DNA from: a bacterium
GTDB lineage: Bacteria > Patescibacteriota > Patescibacteriia > UBA1558 > GWA2-36-10
DNA: 61,049 nucleotides
Assembly: GCA_018653315.1 (NCBI GenBank)
Contig: JABIAL010000009.1
Span: 1-61,049 of the forward strand
Direction: 5' to 3'
In this document: positions 56,484 to 61,049 of the stretch, in pieces
Layout of the letters: the number at the start of each line of letters is the position of its first letter
How positions within the stretch are numbered: the stretch's first letter is position 1
Position numbers and translations under genes: made by a program
Notes under the pieces: model-generated
Seen by the model: the letters and a program-made list of their open reading frames with translations, nothing else
What the model was told of the DNA's origin: nothing
Databases searched by the model: none

Positions 56484-57683
56484 TTAACCAAACATTAGCC
56501 AGCCTGGTTTAAAAATTAATAATAGACCAATTAAAATCATCAGGATACCGCCGATCAATCTAGAAAATCTACTATACTTCGTAGTAAGGCCAGTAGCCTG
56601 CAAGGTAATCATGGCAATAAAGAAGATAATTAAATCGTCTAACATGAAAATAACAATGTATAACAAAATATACATATAATAATGCCAAGTTGGCAAAGAA
56701 CTCATAATTAAAACTTGCGTATAAACTGCCGGAATACCAGCTGAACAAATAAGTTCGATCATGTTTACGGCTACGGCCAAAACAATAATGCCACCAAGAG
56801 CTAACCAAAAATTATTACTCTTTACGATATTACGTAATTTAGAAAAAGTCTTTTGCTTTTTCTGCATATCACCAACATTACAAACTGCGTCTTTGTTAGT
56901 AAAAAAATCTTTGAGACTATAAGCTCCTCCGCCTAGAGCGACAATGGCTATCAATAATCTTACCCAAAGAATCAAGCCAATAAATAACAAAACATTTAGC
57001 CAGGCAGCTAAAAATAAATAATAAACTGCTGCTGAGGTGACAATGAAGGCTGTACCTAAAATCCACATCTTCTTTTTATCTTTCATGCCCAACAATAAAC
57101 CGATCAAAAATACCAAAGCCCACATAGCACAAGGATTAAAACCATCTAGTGCTCCCAAAACGATAGTTAAAACTGGCAAAGAAAAAGTTTTTAAATTTAC
57201 TTCACCAAAAAAAGGTAAATTAAATTTTTCTAGATTTAAATTACCAGAAATTTCTTGATTCATTTGTTCAGATGACTCAAGCTCGAACATAGATTGCATA
57301 ACATCTGGACAAGGATTATCCAAACAATACAAGACAGCCTCTTCCATGGCTGCACCATGTGTCTCATCACCACTATAACCAGGAAAATATTGTCTACCGA
57401 TGATAGTAAAGGGCACTCCAGAAATATCAGCTTGCAAAAACTGTCCGACATCTTGAAATAGCTTCTGATTTTCCGAACTCTTAGATAATTCAAAATCAAA
57501 CACTTCAATATTTGAATATCGCTCAACCAAATCAGCTAAAAAAATCTCTTCTTTAGCGCAATGCGGACAACCTTCAGAATTAAAAAAATAAATATTTACC
57601 GCTGCATCTTCTGCCTGAGCTGGTAAAATGGTAAAAAATGGTAAAAATAAAATAGCTAAACTAAAAAATATTTTTTTCATCAT
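56484..57683 (-). CDS. thioredoxin-fold (CxxC) domain fused to a polytopic CcdA/DsbD-like membrane domain
   Basis: 399 aa. Signal peptide, FNSEGCPHCAKEE, then about 6 TM helices containing conserved Cys (FNPCAMW, LICSAG). Confidence 0.65.
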   Translation of the reverse strand: MMKKIFFSLAILFLPFFTILPAQAEDAAVNIYFFNSEGCPHCAKEEIFLADLVERYSNIEVFDFELSKSSENQKLFQDVGQFLQADISGVPFTIIGRQYFPGYSGDETHGAAMEEAVLYCLDNPCPDVMQSMFELESSEQMNQEISGNLNLEKFNLPFFGEVNLKTFSLPVLTIVLGALDGFNPCAMWALVFLIGLLLGMKDKKKMWILGTAFIVTSAAVYYLFLAAWLNVLLFIGLILWVRLLIAIVALGGGAYSLKDFFTNKDAVCNVGDMQKKQKTFSKLRNIVKSNNFWLALGGIIVLAVAVNMIELICSAGIPAVYTQVLIMSSLPTWHYYMYILLYIVIFMLDDLIIFFIAMITLQATGLTTKYSRFSRLIGGILMILIGLLLIFKPGWLMFG

Positions 57684-57725
57684 ATCGATTATTATAACAC
57701 AAAAAAAATAAAAGCCAACTGATTG

Positions 57726-58031
57726 TTACTCATCAATTTTAATAGCCTTGCCTTCAATTAAGGCAATGGATATTTTTTTATAAGCCAAACTCAAAATACG
57801 CTGAAAGGTACTCTGAGAGGTATTCATCTTCTTAGCGCAAGTTATTTGATCATAGTCATTAATATTTTTTAGGCGCAATGCTTCTATTTCCTCATTAGTT
57901 AAAACAACTTCTTCTAAGTCAATCATTCGTACTCCTCTTGGCTTAAAATATCGCACCATAGGATCAAATCGTACTCGTCTATTCAAACGAGGACGACCTA
58001 ATCCTCGACGCTGGCCTCTATTATTTGGCAT
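57726..58031 (-). CDS. DUF134 (UPF0251) family predicted DNA-binding protein
   Basis: 101 aa. RRVRFDPMVRYFKPRGV...LTNEEIEALRL...QSTFQRIL..A..KI..AL.EGKAIKI matches my recollection of the DUF134 pattern. Confidence 0.7.
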   Translation of the reverse strand: MPNNRGQRRGLGRPRLNRRVRFDPMVRYFKPRGVRMIDLEEVVLTNEEIEALRLKNINDYDQITCAKKMNTSQSTFQRILSLAYKKISIALIEGKAIKIDE

Positions 58032-58200
58032 TATTGCGTCTGTTGGCCTGTAAACCTAAACCTCGGCCTATACCTTGCCCTCTAACTAAGCCACGTCTTG
58101 GTCTATCATCCTGGACCTTAGCATCATCATCACATAAACCGATACCTCGGCCTGTTTTTGGACCTTTACCTAAAGGCCCTGTTTTGTCTCTATTTGGCAT
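58021..58200 (-). CDS. DUF5320-like small Gly/Arg-rich protein (59 aa)
   Basis: Hand translation MPNRDKTGPLGKGPKTGRGIGLCDDDAKVQDDRPRRGLVRGQGIGRGLGLQANRRNNAK. The MP(R/N).D.TGP.G.GP.TGRG start resembles DUF5320. Overlaps the DUF134 start by 11 nt. Below the track cutoff. Confidence 0.6.
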   Translation of the reverse strand: MPNRDKTGPLGKGPKTGRGIGLCDDDAKVQDDRPRRGLVRGQGIGRGLGLQANRRNNAK

Positions 58201-58310
58201 AATATTTTTGGTTAATTATTAAACCTATTATGAGTATATACCCAAAAATATCTTTTGTCAAGTAAACTAAAAAACCACCCTATATTATAAGGTGGCTTTA
58301 AAAATATAAA

Positions 58311-59246
58311 TTATTCTTCTATTCTTCTCCTTGGTCTAGCTTTATACCTCTTCACTCCCCTATAAATCAACCAGATAATAAAGATTACTAATAAATAACC
58401 AAACAAACGAGAAAATTTTACAAAAACATTATCAATGCTTTGAATTACATTTTTAAATAATTGTTTGAACTTTGTCATTTCATAAAATGATTGCGTGTAT
58501 CCTAGTTTTTCAGTCACTGTTAATGATAATTGTGAGTATTCTGTTTGCCGATCAATATTTGTCAGTTGTCTTTGATAATTATCTATTCTCCTTTGTAAAT
58601 CAGCTAACTTAGTTTCAATACTAATAATATCTTCAATGTCGTTAGCTCTGGCTAATAATGCCTGAACACGAGCCTTGACCTGTTTGGCAGCATCTTGATA
58701 AGCAGCAGTGTCATAATATTGCGCCGTTAAATCTGATGCATTAATACTAAAATATTTTATTTCACCTAAAACCCTAAATTCTTCAATGATGCTATCAAAA
58801 GCATCTTTTTTAAATTTTATATTTATACGATAAGTATAATAATCTGCATTATTACGGGTAGTAACCGATTCATTCTTGTGAGTATAAAATCCTTCGTGTT
58901 TATCTATTAAGCTATCTACAGCTAATTTGATATCTACATAATCAGATTTCTCTACTTCTAAATTTAAAGAAGCATTTTTCCTAATTTTTTCTTCTTGATC
59001 CTCTATTGAGCTTGGCTCAATAAAATCACCATCAATCATAGCACCGCGTCCCATACTTTTGACATCCATAGCACTATCTTCCATCATCATTTCACCGCCA
59101 TCATAACCAATCATGCTATTTGATGTGGCATTTTGATATTTAGTTGATGGAAAATTACCGGTAGCCACAATAATAATAACAATAGCAATCACTAACCATA
59201 CCCAATCTCTACGACGATGATAAAAAGTTTTTATTTTGTCCATCAT
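58311..59246 (-). CDS. DUF4349-like two-TM protein with central coiled coil
   Basis: 311 aa. N-terminal TM WVWLVIAIVIIIVATG and C-terminal TM LLVIFIIWLIY. The family call is from memory. Confidence 0.55.
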   Translation of the reverse strand: MMDKIKTFYHRRRDWVWLVIAIVIIIVATGNFPSTKYQNATSNSMIGYDGGEMMMEDSAMDVKSMGRGAMIDGDFIEPSSIEDQEEKIRKNASLNLEVEKSDYVDIKLAVDSLIDKHEGFYTHKNESVTTRNNADYYTYRINIKFKKDAFDSIIEEFRVLGEIKYFSINASDLTAQYYDTAAYQDAAKQVKARVQALLARANDIEDIISIETKLADLQRRIDNYQRQLTNIDRQTEYSQLSLTVTEKLGYTQSFYEMTKFKQLFKNVIQSIDNVFVKFSRLFGYLLVIFIIWLIYRGVKRYKARPRRRIEE

Positions 59247-59300
59247 AAAATTTAGCTTAGTTTAATTAACCTAAGTATATTTTAACATATTATAAATAAT

Positions 59301-59332
59301 AAAAAAATCCCGTCGCCTCTACAGCAACGGGA
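59301..59332 (-). terminator. intrinsic terminator of prs
   Basis: Minus strand TCCCGTTGC-TGTAGAG-GCGACGGGA followed by TTTTTTT. Confidence 0.7.
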
Positions 59333-59354
59333 TAAACTAAGCAGTTGATTGAAT

Positions 59355-60395
59355 TCAAGCCACGGCTTGATGCATTACCAAAAAAAGTTGTCGAGCGATC
59401 TCTAGCGACAAATCAACCTCAATGATCTTGCCACCAGTAGCCTTCTCATAACCACGAGGAATGGTATTACCCAGAAAAATACGTGTAAAGGCGTTTCCCT
59501 TTACCAAAACTCGCTTCCAACCTGGCGTGCAAACTGCGTGAGAGGCATAAAATAATACCTCATGTACTCCGATCTCCTTAACTAATCGTTGCGCGTTTAG
59601 CTTAGCAGTGCTGCCAGTAGAAATTTCATCATCACACAAGACCACAGTAGCGCCCACTAAGTCCTCATCAACAACAATACGCTTTGTTTTATGTTGTCTG
59701 CACAATCTTTTGATGAGCCCTGTGTCTTTAATGATTTCCACCTCTCCTGTTGGCAAACGATGCTTAGGAGTAACTGCCAACTTAGCATCTAATGCTCTGG
59801 CTAATACTAGGCTGCGTGCAACTGAACCTAAGTCAGGAGAATGAACATAAAATTCTCTCATCTCTTGACGAGCAAGCTCAGCCCAAACCTGAATCTGACT
59901 TGTATAAGCTTGCGTAGGATCAACATTCCAAACCTCAATCCCCTCTTTCTCACAATTTTTCATAGTGACTAAAGAGTGGATGTCACAAAGAATTAACTTA
60001 TCAACATGGTTTGCGGCCATTTGATGAGCCAACCAAAGATTGCGCTGAATCTCTTCAGATTTCTCTGGATGATCTTGACGACGGTACATATAAAACGGCA
60101 CCACACCAATAATGGATTTTGCTCCATGTTCAGTTTTGGCAGACCAGGCTAGCGTCAAGAATTGATTCATAAGCCTCATGTTATACATACTCTGAAAAAC
60201 AATCACATGCCGACCAGTTAAGTTTTCACTACCTTCAATATTAAAATCATCCTCTCCATCTGAAAATATATCCATATCCAGGTGGTGAAACTTTAAATGA
60301 CATCCTCCCCATTGATTAATCCAATGCAAAACCTTGGCATCTAAATCGTGATTGCCAGTGCCTCCTATAATCGCAAATTCTTGTGAGTCAAACAT
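59355..60395 (-). CDS. prs: ribose-phosphate diphosphokinase (PRPP synthetase) homologue
   Basis: 346 aa. FSDGE, VVPFYMYRRQDH, DIHS, SPDLGSVARS, and PRPP loop VVLCDDEISTGST are collinear with E. coli Prs. Confidence 0.8.
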   Translation of the reverse strand: MFDSQEFAIIGGTGNHDLDAKVLHWINQWGGCHLKFHHLDMDIFSDGEDDFNIEGSENLTGRHVIVFQSMYNMRLMNQFLTLAWSAKTEHGAKSIIGVVPFYMYRRQDHPEKSEEIQRNLWLAHQMAANHVDKLILCDIHSLVTMKNCEKEGIEVWNVDPTQAYTSQIQVWAELARQEMREFYVHSPDLGSVARSLVLARALDAKLAVTPKHRLPTGEVEIIKDTGLIKRLCRQHKTKRIVVDEDLVGATVVLCDDEISTGSTAKLNAQRLVKEIGVHEVLFYASHAVCTPGWKRVLVKGNAFTRIFLGNTIPRGYEKATGGKIIEVDLSLEIARQLFLVMHQAVA

Positions 60396-60497
60396 AGTTC
60401 TTTTCCTTTCTCCTGCTGTTTGCTAGTTGTAGTGTACAAAAATCACCTTTAATATAGGTGATTTTAAAAAAATGGTCAAATTTAATTAAAGCTAATA

Positions 60498-61037
60498 TTA
60501 TAATTGTAATTCTCCTACATAATATTCATCAAATAAAGCATAGGCTGTATCCGAATGTATAGTGCCCGATCCTGTCGGACGAGTTTCAAATAATATAGTA
60601 GCGTCTTGACCACACCCCTGCACAATAGCCTGGTCACCAGGATGAGAATTGATATATTCGGTAACATCAAGCACTTGACCACCTATTGCCAACCAACAAT
60701 CATCAGCCGTGTTATGTTTAACGACTTCAGAAAAACTAATCCAGCCAGCTAATTCAAATTCACGACGAGCAATTTCTTCTTCCCAATATTCAATCTCGTC
60801 TTCTGTTAACTCTTTATCATCAGGAATTGTTAAGTATCCACTATCAATATTATTTTCTTGATTATACCTTTCTATTTCCAACATCTCCATCTCAGCAAAC
60901 TGTCTTGCTTCTTCTACTTGCATTTGTGCTTCAAATATTTCTAACTCTAAAGCGGTCATTTCTTGATTATCATCTGATGAACCGCAACCAGTCAAGAAAA
61001 AACTAGCTACCAATAAAATAAAAAAATATTTTTTCAT
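60498..61037 (-). CDS. lipoprotein with cytochrome b5-like heme-binding domain
   Basis: Lipobox LTGC. FSEVVKHNTADDCWLAIGGQVLDVTEYINSHPGD resembles the cyt b5 fold signature. Confidence 0.6.
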   Translation of the reverse strand: MKKYFFILLVASFFLTGCGSSDDNQEMTALELEIFEAQMQVEEARQFAEMEMLEIERYNQENNIDSGYLTIPDDKELTEDEIEYWEEEIARREFELAGWISFSEVVKHNTADDCWLAIGGQVLDVTEYINSHPGDQAIVQGCGQDATILFETRPTGSGTIHSDTAYALFDEYYVGELQL

Positions 61038-61049
61038 AATTAAAAATTA

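Noticed and set aside
59355-60395. Foreign origin of the prs homologue, because it looks G+C-richer and has a strong SD
   Set aside because: It is a core metabolic enzyme with all Prs motifs collinear. The richer composition may reflect amino-acid constraint. I have no boundary evidence for an insertion.
1-61049. Alternative genetic code (UGA recoding), prompted by the missing ORF call at 1-5080 and the ACA-anticodon tRNA
   Set aside because: All housekeeping genes are intact under the standard code, and tsaC (8041-43) and comM (41456-58) terminate with TGA. The giant ORF is absent from the track simply because it does not close inside the window.
1-61049. CRISPR arrays, diversity-generating retroelement, transposase/IS elements, prophage structural genes, known defence or toxin-antitoxin modules
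   Set aside because: I saw no spaced direct-repeat array, no reverse-transcriptase, transposase or capsid-like ORF, and no recognisable defence or toxin motifs in any listed ORF.

Overview
AT-rich bacterial chromosome segment. Hand-counted 100-nt samples of core genes gave 27% and 33% G+C. The gene content resembles a Patescibacteria/CPR-type genome: compact housekeeping genes (rsmA, tsaC, leuS, infB-rbfA, nrnA-like, clpP, rny-ymdB, hup, comM, lspA, dksA-like, pnp-rpsO, prs), a type IV pilin cluster, a >1690-aa Cys-rich secreted protein, and four membrane-anchored proteins with thrombospondin-type-3-like acidic repeats. The standard genetic code applies: all housekeeping ORFs are intact and TGA is used as a stop. 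No CRISPR array, reverse transcriptase, transposase or recognisable defence or toxin system was found, so I cannot name a single novel system with confidence. The items most worth a second look are listed here. (1) A ~5-kb block at 50.4-55.4 kb with clearly higher G+C (40% and 45% in two samples) encodes five secreted or membrane proteins, including an alpha/beta-hydrolase and a beta-propeller, next to a tyrosine recombinase/Smr pair. (2) A tRNA-Ile(UAU) gene is nested between partial copies of its own 5' and 3' ends, each fused to a GC-rich hairpin. One hairpin recurs 14 kb away with compensatory stem changes. (3) A tRNA pair has an ACA (Cys-type) anticodon in one member and a ~21-nt D-loop in the other, tRNA-Val(GAC). 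(4) A roughly 9-kb apparent operon links minor-pilin genes to a sensor kinase and two output-less receiver proteins. Its first gene is 5'-truncated against a terminator. (5) There are several self-contained small genes and candidate structured RNAs with their own promoters and terminators. All function calls come from motif recognition by eye and no searches were run.
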